NCBI GenBank assembly: GCA_041690295.1
Contig: JAWLHR010000004.1
Span: 1 to 64,000 of the forward strand
Direction of reading: 5' to 3'
Origin: Bdellovibrionales bacterium
GTDB taxonomy: Bacteria; Bdellovibrionota; Bdellovibrionia; Bdellovibrionales; UBA1609
Length of the DNA stretch: 64,000 bases
In this document: piece after piece, positions 55,474 to 64,000 of the stretch
Layout: each line of letters begins with the position of its first letter
Position numbering within the stretch: position 1 is the stretch's first letter
Program-made: the position numbers and the translations under genes
The notes under the pieces: generated by a model
Seen by the model: only the letters and a program-made list of their open reading frames with translations
Told to the model about the DNA's origin: nothing
The model's database searches: none

Positions 55474-57000
55474 ATGAATTTCAATAAACATGTCCTAACA
55501 TCGTTGCTGGTGTTTTGCGTATCGGCGTCCGCGAAAGAAGCCGTCGATTTCACGACACCTTATATTAATCCCAAACGCGATTGCATGACCGAGGGAATGA
55601 TCAATCCCCAAGGCAAAGAGTATCGCTACCTTTATAGCCGTGATTGCAAAGTCGTTCATGTGCTGCCGCCGGAACTCATGCGGCAAAACATTATTGGACA
55701 GGGGATGAACCTGGCCGCTTGTGAAGGACTTGAAAGCTCACGCCGATCCATCAAAACGCAAAATCAACTTATTGAAGAGGCGAACGCTCGGTTGCTCCGC
55801 TATGAACAGAAACTGGAGAAAGCTAAATCGAGGGTTGAAAGAGAAGCCATCGAAAAGGACATCGCCAGATTAAGAGAGCGCATTAAAGGCTATACGGAAG
55901 TGCTTCGGGATTCCGAGGCCTATCTGCAAAAATATTACGGCTCGACTCCGGGCGCGAAATTCTCGATCCTTTTGGGCGGAAATATCACTCAAAATGAAAT
56001 CAATCATATCCGCGCGCTCAATCACGCGAATTTGAATCGCAAGAAAACCATTATTGATCGGGTGCGATTGCCCGACGGCACGGAAAAAGTTGAAGAAAGG
56101 GAAGTGTGGGAGATGAGCGCGCTTCGTCCCGCGACGATTGATCAGTCCATCTTCAGCTTTATTTACAATGTGCCGGGTGATGAGGGGCCGAACGGGGGGC
56201 TGATTAAAACCGATATCCCCGGCTTGGAATATCTTGGTCAAAAAGATGCCACCTATAAGGGCGTGATGCACGTGAAGGCCAATGGGCTAGTTTCGGGTCA
56301 AGTGGTCATGGCTTTAACCGTGGCTTGTGGTCATACGAAAAAGGACGCGGATGGAAAGTTGGTTCTTAAGGAAAACACCGACCCCATGTTCACGGTGAAC
56401 CGGACCTTTACGGTGCAGCAGATGTACGCTTACGGCTACACCGCCCGTTTGAACGTGGATAAAGTGGTCGAGCAAATCACCACTTTTGTTTCGACGGATA
56501 CCGACAGAGGTTTCAAAAAATCCGTCGTTTTCAATCCGATCCTCAAGGCCAGTGTGGATGAGCTGGTGAGCTTTGAATGGCATCGTGAATTCGATGATGG
56601 AAAAGCGGAATCTTTTGACAAAATTCTTGAAATCAAAAAAGCCGTGGCGGCGGACCTGGTCGATGATTACCTCGAGAGACTCGAGCAAGCCGGCCTTATC
56701 AAAAAGGATCTTGATCGACCGGTTGATCCGGCCAAAGGCGGAAACGTCGAGGAAACCAAAACCGTCCATCGATGCTGGACTGAACGAGACGGCGGCCTCA
56801 GCGGTTTGGTTGGACGAAGACACGTTGTGTGCGGGGACTTCCCGTACAAAGTTACGGTTTGGAAAGACGGTGTGACCGAAGAAGAGGTGCGACGATCACT
56901 CACGTTACATGGCGAGACCGTGGATACGATGACCGTCAATACGGTACACCCTTTCAGCTTCACGACAACTTTCACTAAGAAAGCCCGGAAAGGAACTTAG
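55474..57000 (+). CDS. Secreted hypothetical protein A (paralogue of 58467..59900)
   Basis: Signal peptide; YSRDCKVVHVLPP; long coiled coil; beta-rich C-terminal half. Confidence 0.8.
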   Translation: MNFNKHVLTSLLVFCVSASAKEAVDFTTPYINPKRDCMTEGMINPQGKEYRYLYSRDCKVVHVLPPELMRQNIIGQGMNLAACEGLESSRRSIKTQNQLIEEANARLLRYEQKLEKAKSRVEREAIEKDIARLRERIKGYTEVLRDSEAYLQKYYGSTPGAKFSILLGGNITQNEINHIRALNHANLNRKKTIIDRVRLPDGTEKVEEREVWEMSALRPATIDQSIFSFIYNVPGDEGPNGGLIKTDIPGLEYLGQKDATYKGVMHVKANGLVSGQVVMALTVACGHTKKDADGKLVLKENTDPMFTVNRTFTVQQMYAYGYTARLNVDKVVEQITTFVSTDTDRGFKKSVVFNPILKASVDELVSFEWHREFDDGKAESFDKILEIKKAVAADLVDDYLERLEQAGLIKKDLDRPVDPAKGGNVEETKTVHRCWTERDGGLSGLVGRRHVVCGDFPYKVTVWKDGVTEEEVRRSLTLHGETVDTMTVNTVHPFSFTTTFTKKARKGT

Positions 57001-57002
57001 TC

Positions 57003-58022
57003 ATGAAAAAAAGTTTGTTGGTTTACCTTCTCATCATCTCTCAAGCCGCATTAGGTGAAAATATCTGTCGGCCGACATCTCGCGAAATGTCGGCCTACTT
57101 CGAGCAAAAATCCTGGCGATCGACGTCCATCCAGGATGAGAGCGGGGCACCCGCTATCCCTGGCTGGGTGGATGGCAAAAATCGGTTCCATATGGGCAAC
57201 ATAGGCCGCACGGGCGCGTTCAAGGCTCAGATCACCATTGATCCTGACAACTCCGGGTACAATGAGTTTTTCAAGTATTGTTCGGATTCGGACCGGAGAA
57301 GGTATCTTCGGGCCATGCGCATCGGTGGCGATGGCAACCGTTACAAGGTCACGCTCCGCTTTCTGCCGGAGATCAAAGGATATGCTAATAATCCGTTCCA
57401 CGATCAGAAGTTCACGGAAAATGAGCTTCGCTTGAATTTGAAGATCGACGATACGGCCTCCATTTCCACCTATGAAGTTTTCCCTGATCGCGCGAAGAGA
57501 GCCGTCTACGACCATATATTGGGTCAGCTTCGCGAACAGAAAAACTTTGGTTTGATCGAGCTTGATTTTACAAATTGGGATGACCTGGTTTGTGACATGG
57601 CTTTGGGCAAGATTGAAGTGACGGTGCTTCGCTCAGGTCATTCCTGGGGACCGCTGGTGGAACAGAAAGTGGAATTCGCTTACACGGATCTTCAGATGAT
57701 TCATCGGCACCTGAACGCGAATGTTCGCAATATCTGGAGCAAAGAGAAAAACATTTTTATGGCTTCTCGGATTATGACGGAGCTGGAGCGGGATCGCCGA
57801 ATCGGTGCCTATAAGCCGGATAAGCTATTTGACGTCCTCCAGCGTCTGATGACGCCAGGTATGGCGGCAATGGGCCAAATCGATGGTGCCGATCTGAATT
57901 GCATCGCGGATCAGCTTCAAAGCTATACCCGTCCGTATATAACGCACGCCATGAGGATCGATTTCAGTTTCTCGAAACTGGATGAACTTCAACCACCCAG
58001 TCCACCGGATAAAAAACGATGA
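57003..58022 (+). CDS. Secreted hypothetical protein B
   Basis: Signal peptide; four Cys; starts 2 nt after the upstream stop. Confidence 0.78.
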   Translation: MKKSLLVYLLIISQAALGENICRPTSREMSAYFEQKSWRSTSIQDESGAPAIPGWVDGKNRFHMGNIGRTGAFKAQITIDPDNSGYNEFFKYCSDSDRRRYLRAMRIGGDGNRYKVTLRFLPEIKGYANNPFHDQKFTENELRLNLKIDDTASISTYEVFPDRAKRAVYDHILGQLREQKNFGLIELDFTNWDDLVCDMALGKIEVTVLRSGHSWGPLVEQKVEFAYTDLQMIHRHLNANVRNIWSKEKNIFMASRIMTELERDRRIGAYKPDKLFDVLQRLMTPGMAAMGQIDGADLNCIADQLQSYTRPYITHAMRIDFSFSKLDELQPPSPPDKKR

Positions 58023-58480
58023 GAATTATAGCCGTCATCATTCTAGGAATTTTTATGGCGGGGTGTGATAACAGCTCCAACACTGGCGGAGGGCCGGTGC
58101 CGAATCCGAAAAAGGAGCCGGTTCCGACGCCCAAGGGCGAGCCTTCATGGGGCGACCTTTGGTGCCAAAGGACAAAGAGCTGTAAGAACGCCATCTTGAA
58201 TCAGGATTACCAAGTTCTGGCGAACTTCCTGAGATCGGTTTGGGATGTCAAAAACCCGCCCGGAATTGACAGTGATTGGGCCATATTCTTGTGCGGTTAC
58301 GAACTGAGTCGTCGTTGGGACGATTATTTTCACCGTCGAATCGAAGTGGATCCCTCGGATTGGGCCGATTTCCTTCTGGCGGCATTCGAGGTGGAGAGCT
58401 GCAGGTTGCATCCTGACATCCACCGGAGTTTGCAAACTTATTTCAAAAGCACTGAGGAATTTAAAAATGAAACTAAGTAA
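58019..58480 (+). CDS. Hypothetical lipoprotein C
   Basis: FMAGC lipobox, Pro-rich tether, ATGA overlap. Confidence 0.75.
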   Translation: MRIIAVIILGIFMAGCDNSSNTGGGPVPNPKKEPVPTPKGEPSWGDLWCQRTKSCKNAILNQDYQVLANFLRSVWDVKNPPGIDSDWAIFLCGYELSRRWDDYFHRRIEVDPSDWADFLLAAFEVESCRLHPDIHRSLQTYFKSTEEFKNETK

Positions 58481-59900
58481 CTTGAAAATATTTGTGTTAA
58501 CACTCGCGTCGGCACCGCTCTTCGCGTTCGCCGTGCCTGTTCAATATCCGGAGTGCGCCAAGCACCGCCGGATCAACGATGTGCCCGGGGCGTCTGGCGC
58601 CTACTTCAACGAGGATTGCACAACCATTTATGTTCTGCCTCCGCGCAAAGGCACATTGACCATCACGGGTTATATTCCATCGCCGAATATTGGGCTTCAA
58701 TGTGAGCGGCTTAAGCAAATCGAGCAAGATTCGAGCACCTTGCAGGAAGTCATCGCCATCTACACCAGTCGCATCAAGCGGAATGCGGAAGAGATCAAAA
58801 AGATCGAAGAACACCTGAACGACGGACTCATTCCCATCGATGAGACGGAGGAAAGCCTTAAAGCGAAAGCCGCCGCGTTAATGGAAGAGATCATGGAGGC
58901 CCGATTAAAGATCGTGGACATGCAGGATCAGAACGACAAAATGAAACTGAATTTTGCCAAGCGTGAAGGTGGTCGCGGCGGTTTTATTATGGAAAGCCGG
59001 TTTTCCGAACTTCTTCAGGCCTATCGTGCCGCCAATCCAGGGTTGAACGTGGTGGCCATGCCGATCGCGCAGGCTTTTTTGTCGGTTAATGACCAAAAAC
59101 CTGGTGATCTGGATGAAACCGCGATGCCGGCCGTTTTGCGTCTGCGCGCGGTCGGAGTCGATGAGATGCCCCTGTTGCTGGATCCAAGACTTTACATCAA
59201 TAAAAGTTCAGCCCCGCCCCATAAGGCGCCTTCCGGAAGCGTGATCTTCGGGGGTTCGCTTTCGGGCGAGGTTATTTTGTCTAATATCGGCGCGTGCGCG
59301 GTTCATGAAACCTTGGGCGGAGCCCGTAAGTTCCGCATTTCATCGCTGAACAAGTATCGATATATCACGGCTTCCGCGGCTTACACCTATCAGGTGCAGG
59401 TGACTCGTAAACACACGATTCGCTACAACTTCAAAGAACTGGTTCGAATGATCCATGAGCAGGTCAAAAGAGGTGGATTCTTCAGAACCGAAACTTTGAA
59501 TAGTTTGATCGATGAGCGAAGAACCGGCGCCTGGCTTGAGTTTATTGTCGAGTCGACCGACGGACGTTTTGAATATAGCGACGAATATATCCGCCAGGTC
59601 AAAAAGGAGTTTTTGGATCGGGCATTGGCTCAGATCGTCTCGGTTCAAACGGGTTCACCAACGGCCTTACTGGCGTTGATCGAGCCTGGCAAAAACGGGG
59701 CCAGCGAAGGCGCGGATCAGCTGGGCAAGTGTGTGCATCTTTATTGCCAAATGGGATCGGCTGGACTCCGGGTTCTGAATTCCATCTTCGGAAGTACAAG
59801 TGCTGTGTCGAAATTGCTCAAATCGGTGAGTGGCGAAATGGTGGAAACGGTGATCGAGAAGAAAATGATTCCGGTTTATGACACCTACGGATTCGAGTGA
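58467..59900 (+). CDS. Secreted hypothetical protein D (paralogue of 55474..57000)
   Basis: Signal peptide; FNEDCTTIYVLPP; long coiled coil; RGGFFRTE. Confidence 0.8.
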   Translation: MKLSNLKIFVLTLASAPLFAFAVPVQYPECAKHRRINDVPGASGAYFNEDCTTIYVLPPRKGTLTITGYIPSPNIGLQCERLKQIEQDSSTLQEVIAIYTSRIKRNAEEIKKIEEHLNDGLIPIDETEESLKAKAAALMEEIMEARLKIVDMQDQNDKMKLNFAKREGGRGGFIMESRFSELLQAYRAANPGLNVVAMPIAQAFLSVNDQKPGDLDETAMPAVLRLRAVGVDEMPLLLDPRLYINKSSAPPHKAPSGSVIFGGSLSGEVILSNIGACAVHETLGGARKFRISSLNKYRYITASAAYTYQVQVTRKHTIRYNFKELVRMIHEQVKRGGFFRTETLNSLIDERRTGAWLEFIVESTDGRFEYSDEYIRQVKKEFLDRALAQIVSVQTGSPTALLALIEPGKNGASEGADQLGKCVHLYCQMGSAGLRVLNSIFGSTSAVSKLLKSVSGEMVETVIEKKMIPVYDTYGFE

Positions 59901-59926
59901 CGAGCGTTTAGCCAAGGGGATGGGGT

Positions 59927-60448
59927 ATGTTATCGGTGATTTTGGCGCTCGCTTTGACGGCGAGCGCCCAACAGCCACTCACGGTGACGGACGTGCAGTT
60001 TCGTGCGCCGGAGAGGGCGGCGTCCTGCGGCCTTCTCCGGCAGCGCGAAAAAGAGCGTTTAAAAGTTATTCGCGAATTAAGTTTCTTAACCCAAAAACCC
60101 GGCACCATTGATGACCGGTCGACCTACGAGTATTGGCTTAAAAAACTTTTTATGCCCCCGGAAGACTGGATCGAGTTGTCGACCGAGGTGGTGATGACCG
60201 TCATAGCGCCTGAAAAATTGCGCTTGCAGGCGCAAACGGAAGGGTTGGGATCGGTCTTTTTGATCACTCGGGGTCCGGGCTTTGTCTGGCAATCCTATGC
60301 CGATCAGTTACCGCCGGAAATGTCCATCGAGCTTGATGGCGAATATCTCATCGTCCGTTATTTCACGTATCTGACCACGGTGTGCGATCCCAATTTGCAA
60401 CCCGTAACCATCGATTGGGTGGAAGATCCTTACTCGCTTCTCGAATGA
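59927..60448 (+). CDS. Secreted hypothetical protein E
   Basis: MLSVILALALTASA signal peptide; two Cys. Confidence 0.72.
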   Translation: MLSVILALALTASAQQPLTVTDVQFRAPERAASCGLLRQREKERLKVIRELSFLTQKPGTIDDRSTYEYWLKKLFMPPEDWIELSTEVVMTVIAPEKLRLQAQTEGLGSVFLITRGPGFVWQSYADQLPPEMSIELDGEYLIVRYFTYLTTVCDPNLQPVTIDWVEDPYSLLE

Positions 60449-60480
60449 GACCAACCAGGGGCCTTTGCCCTTGGCTGGTC
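60449..60480. terminator. Stem-loop at the end of the operon
   Basis: GACCAACCAGGGGC-CTTT-GCCCTTGGCTGGTC; no strong T tract. Confidence 0.45.
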
Positions 60481-60591
60481 AAGCCTCTTCGTTCAATAAA
60501 ATTCATGTTTTGACCTGATCGATGGTAAAAAATTGTTCAAATTTGACTGGCGAGCCAGGTAGACTGATCGGCTAAACCCGGGAATTCACGT

Positions 60592-60795
60592 ATGGAAATT
60601 ACGATTGCTATTGTTGTCTTCATGGTCGTCAGCGGTTTCGGCGCCTATCTCTACTTGATGATTCGCCATCCGGAGTGGGTCGGTATTACCGGAGACTCCG
60701 CCCGCAAAACAATGGATGAACACCAGGAAGGGGTCCCAGTGGATGATTCGGACCCCTTTTCCAGTGTGGAACAAAAACAAGATAAAAAAGACTAA
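60592..60795 (+). CDS. Small membrane protein
   Basis: Single N-terminal TM and acidic tail. Confidence 0.6.
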   Translation: MEITIAIVVFMVVSGFGAYLYLMIRHPEWVGITGDSARKTMDEHQEGVPVDDSDPFSSVEQKQDKKD

Positions 60796-61424
60796 AACTT
60801 CTTGGGAAACTGCTTGGCGATTCCATCCACGAGCGCGTCGGCGATCGTGTACATATGAGCTTTCATGTCTTTCCAGGTTTTAGCTTCACCCTGGTAATCT
60901 TTTTTCTGAACCTGATTGATTTGCTGGACATGATGGCCGCCGTGGGCGGAGAGAAGCGCGATCAATGTGCTTTTCGGCAAATTGGGATTGGCGCCACTCA
61001 GAAAATCCGCGATGGCGGTGGCGTTTGATGTCAGTTTCTCAGTGGCGGTTTTTTGATCCTTGGATTTCGGTGAAGGAATGGTCGCGTTCATATAGTCTTT
61101 AATCGCCGTGTAGTGACCCGCGAGAAGTTCAAAGAGTTTTTCGGACGCGGGTTTTCCGTAAAAAGGCTCGATCACGCCCGCGATTTGTTTGGCGTTCTCG
61201 ACCGCCTGAGCCTCCGCGGTCTCTTGAACGTTTTTATTTTTGTTGGCGGTGGCCATGACCACACTGCGAACCCAGAAAATATGGTCCACCCATAAATCAC
61301 GCATGGTCATTTTCGTGGCCACGACTTTTGATGTTCCGTGCGCGCCTTCGTGCCCCGAAGCGGCGAACGCGGTGAACGTGCAGCTTGTGACAAGACCAAT
61401 GAGAATCGCCTTAATGGTTGTCAT
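60792..61424 (-). CDS. Secreted His-rich helical-bundle protein
   Basis: AAGGAG RBS, signal peptide, LWVDHIFW, LAGHY, AHGGHH, KQFP.KF terminus. Confidence 0.75.
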   Translation of the reverse strand: MTTIKAILIGLVTSCTFTAFAASGHEGAHGTSKVVATKMTMRDLWVDHIFWVRSVVMATANKNKNVQETAEAQAVENAKQIAGVIEPFYGKPASEKLFELLAGHYTAIKDYMNATIPSPKSKDQKTATEKLTSNATAIADFLSGANPNLPKSTLIALLSAHGGHHVQQINQVQKKDYQGEAKTWKDMKAHMYTIADALVDGIAKQFPKKF

Positions 61425-61522
61425 TGTGACTCCTTTTTTGAGGTGTAACTTTTTTTGAGATGGTACGCCCGCGGCGCGCGCATGAAAAACTGTCTAAATT
61501 GTTTAAATTCCAGGTCGCGCTC

Positions 61523-62821
61523 TTAGGAGCTCATGAGCGAACGAAACTCGTTGCGCAGTTCGGGAAAAAGAATCGTGGCTTTGTAGATCACCTGTTCGGC
61601 GGCGGTTTCTTTCTTTTGTTCGATGAGCAGGCCGATCACGGTGCGGCAAATGGACGGAGTCGCCAATCCATCGTCGATGAGCTTTTTGCCTTTCTGGATC
61701 AATTCCCACGGGCTCATGTGGCCCTTGCACGCTTCAAAATCCGCTTCAATGTAGGCCGCGCTGGTTTGGGCCTCGGGAGGATACATTTTCACGAACTCTT
61801 GCGCCTGATCAGCGTGCCCGCCGCGAATCAAGGCATTGGTGATCTTCTGCAGGGCTTCGGGATTGCGTTGCGAAGTCGTGGCGGCTTTTTTGAATTGGGA
61901 GATCGCCTGTTCCAGATCGTTTTCTTTCAAGAAGAGTCGCCCGCTGGAGATGAACGCTTCCGTCACGACTTTGATCAATCGCAAAGGGCGGCGGTCCAGC
62001 TCCACGAAACGCTGATGATAAAGGTCCAGATCGCGGAAATTGCCGGTGAAAATAGCGAGGATAAAAATCTTCTCCAAGGTGGCCGGCGAAACCGGAAAGT
62101 TTTCGTAAATTAATCGCAGCGTTTCGTAGGCTTTGGCGTAGTCTTTGCGCTCGAAGAGTATGTCGAATTCACCTTGCAGGCATTTGTAATGGAGTTGATT
62201 GTGTTTGCGTCCCTCGCGGAAACTGGCCAGCGCCCCATCGGGATCATTCAGCAGCTTGAGGGCCAGTCCATGAAAGTAGCAGGCGAGCGCGGGTTTTGGA
62301 TCCAGGGTTTTGGCCGCGGCCAAAACCTCAGCGGCTTTCTTGGCATCTCCGTCCTTGAGCCATTTTCGCCCTTCCATAGTTTTCTGGGAGTAAGGCGAAG
62401 GCTTCATCTTTTTTTCGATGATGTTGACCAGAAGATCGGTCAGTTGCTTGATTGTGAACGGTTTCAGAACATAGCCGTCCACGTCGCCTTCGGCGGCTTC
62501 GGCGATGGTCGAATCATTGTTGTTCGCGGTGGAAAGAAGGAAAATGCGATCGTGGGAATCGTCGATCACCTGCGCTTGCCTTTCGGCGAGCTCAAGGCCA
62601 AAGCCCGTTCCAATTTGATATTCCGAAACAATGACGTGGCACGCCGAACGAAGATGTTGCGCGGCCTTGTCAAAGTCGTTCTCACGGTGAATTTGGCCGG
62701 GTTCACAGCCCAGCGCGACCAAGACCTGATGGATAATCGTCGACGCCGAAGGCGAAGGTTCCGCGATCAGAACCTTTTTTCCTTTGAAGAATGATGGGAA
62801 AGATTTTTCGGCTTTCGACAT
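61523..62821 (-). CDS. Atypical receiver domain + TPR protein
   Basis: VLIAE...VSEY (Glu at phospho site)...VLKPF followed by TPR-like helices. Confidence 0.82.
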   Translation of the reverse strand: MSKAEKSFPSFFKGKKVLIAEPSPSASTIIHQVLVALGCEPGQIHRENDFDKAAQHLRSACHVIVSEYQIGTGFGLELAERQAQVIDDSHDRIFLLSTANNNDSTIAEAAEGDVDGYVLKPFTIKQLTDLLVNIIEKKMKPSPYSQKTMEGRKWLKDGDAKKAAEVLAAAKTLDPKPALACYFHGLALKLLNDPDGALASFREGRKHNQLHYKCLQGEFDILFERKDYAKAYETLRLIYENFPVSPATLEKIFILAIFTGNFRDLDLYHQRFVELDRRPLRLIKVVTEAFISSGRLFLKENDLEQAISQFKKAATTSQRNPEALQKITNALIRGGHADQAQEFVKMYPPEAQTSAAYIEADFEACKGHMSPWELIQKGKKLIDDGLATPSICRTVIGLLIEQKKETAAEQVIYKATILFPELRNEFRSLMSS

Positions 62822-63309
62822 CAGTCCTGGCCCTTAATGGAGTTCACGACTTGAGTGACATTGTCCTGTCTTGATTCTAGCTTCTGAAGAAGTTGGTTCC
62901 ACTGATCTTTATCATATTCCAGGAATTCCACGGCGACCAGGATTTGATCCTGTGTGGCGGTCGTCGATGTGATCTTACCCGTGGCCTTCATTTCTTCGGC
63001 GGTGTCTTTTTCCGAGATAATCAAATTGATCGTGACCAACTGACCGCTGGCGCACGAGCCTTTTGGCAATGTCACCTGAAATCCGTTTGTAAAAAGACCG
63101 GAAGTTTCCAGGTTTCGCTGATTTTTCGGAATGAGACTAATTTCAGTGGCCGTGTTCTTGAGTAAGGAAATACGGACGGTCGGATTGAAGATGCGTGTGG
63201 CTTTTAGCATGATCTCGCTGTTGAGTTGTCTGAGTTCTTCTTCTTCGGCGATGAGGATCGAAGTTTTACGTGCTTTAAGCACCGATGGTGCTGAATCCCC
63301 GGGAGGCAA
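62821..63309 (-). CDS. Hypothetical PilZ-like beta-barrel protein (start uncertain)
   Basis: G..V.LP..SC..GQ.V.I.L...ATGKI...VEF pattern; TGATG-coupled to the REC-TPR gene. Confidence 0.55.
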   Translation of the reverse strand: MPPGDSAPSVLKARKTSILIAEEEELRQLNSEIMLKATRIFNPTVRISLLKNTATEISLIPKNQRNLETSGLFTNGFQVTLPKGSCASGQLVTINLIISEKDTAEEMKATGKITSTTATQDQILVAVEFLEYDKDQWNQLLQKLESRQDNVTQVVNSIKGQD

Positions 63310-63332
63310 TCCCGGGGATCCAAAGCTGGATA

Positions 63333-63842
63333 TTAGTCGCGACGCAATTCGCTGATTTCAACGTAGTCAAAACCAGCATTGAAGCCGACTCCGCGAACAA
63401 GCTGGAGTGAGCCATTCAAAGTGAGCGAGCGGTGAGTTCCATGAAGCGCCAATTGGAGACCGCCTCCGACGCCCAAAGCTCCGTGAACACCGGCGACAAC
63501 GTAACCGCCTAAGAAATCATAGGGCGAACGAGCGAATCCGACTCCGGAAGCCACACCGCGAACCACCATGTGGCCAATACCGATGGACGGCGAAAGCGGA
63601 TAACCGCCCAGGCGAACATGAACGGGAAGCCGTTCAATGTTTCCACGGGAATCGTAGCAAGTGATGGTGCCACGGCCATTGAGTTCGTAGTTGCCGATGA
63701 AAAGACGTACACCGCCGCCTTTGGCTTTGAAGGTCAGATCGCACATGAAATGAGCGCCGCGTGGTGTGCGGGCCTCAGCCACATTTAAGCCTAGCGCAAG
63801 AGCCAGTAATCCGATCGTGCTGAATAACGTTCGCATAGCCAT
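63333..63842 (-). CDS. Secreted Gly-rich beta protein (DUF992-like)
   Basis: Signal peptide; CDLTF...GGG...G.G.ITC; GVHGALGVGGG. Confidence 0.65.
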   Translation of the reverse strand: MAMRTLFSTIGLLALALGLNVAEARTPRGAHFMCDLTFKAKGGGVRLFIGNYELNGRGTITCYDSRGNIERLPVHVRLGGYPLSPSIGIGHMVVRGVASGVGFARSPYDFLGGYVVAGVHGALGVGGGLQLALHGTHRSLTLNGSLQLVRGVGFNAGFDYVEISELRRD

Positions 63843-64000
63843 TTACTCCCCTGTATTGTTGTTGATTTGCCTAGATAGAAGGCAAGCTTGTCGCTCGTTT
63901 GCCAAGAAAAAGAAACGGAGTCAACGGACTTGGTTTTATGGGGCGGGTCGCCCATTGTTTCAGTTTAGATACAGCGAGTTAATTGAAAGCCGGTTCGGGT

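Noticed and set aside
5864..62794. Long antisense ORFs (e.g. 5864..6508, 8294..8926, 17487..18146, 25723..26388, 26479..27171, 61460..62113)
   Set aside because: Shadows of well-supported genes on the opposite strand, with no motifs of their own.

Overview
64 kb of bacterial chromosome, most likely from a Bdellovibrionota (predatory) lineage. This is inferred from the Bdellovibrio-type HNH family gene, many orphan secreted proteins, HDOD/REC-TPR signalling genes and sigma54/sigma28 promoters. Housekeeping genes are uppP, tatA, NamZ-like, purE/purK, two Dus paralogues, grxC, fumC, LOG, bolA, ettA, map, ahcY, orn and tRNA-Asp. They are interleaved with accessory blocks. (1) An AT-rich island (~28.6-34.4 kb) encodes a small secreted protein, an ICMT-type methyltransferase fused to a peptide-binding-like domain (split by one in-frame TAA), two proline-iminopeptidase-like hydrolases and an orphan sensor kinase; it is a candidate peptide-signalling system. 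(2) An aminoaromatic ring-cleavage operon (39.0-45.8 kb) encodes SDR, LLM monooxygenase, ALDH, a 2-aminophenol-1,6-dioxygenase-like beta/alpha pair, an asparaginase-II homologue with a rebuilt metal site and RidA; its first two genes appear to use ATC and CTG starts. (3) A PKD-thrombospondin-Hint lipoprotein with a coupled partner gene. (4) Downstream of tRNA-Asp: a GH8 hydrolase, a signal-peptide-bearing minimal ATP-dependent ligase and a seven-gene divergent sigma54-driven cluster of unknown exported proteins containing a paralogous pair. Four broken genes are reconstructed. All calls are from motifs read by eye; no database searches were run.
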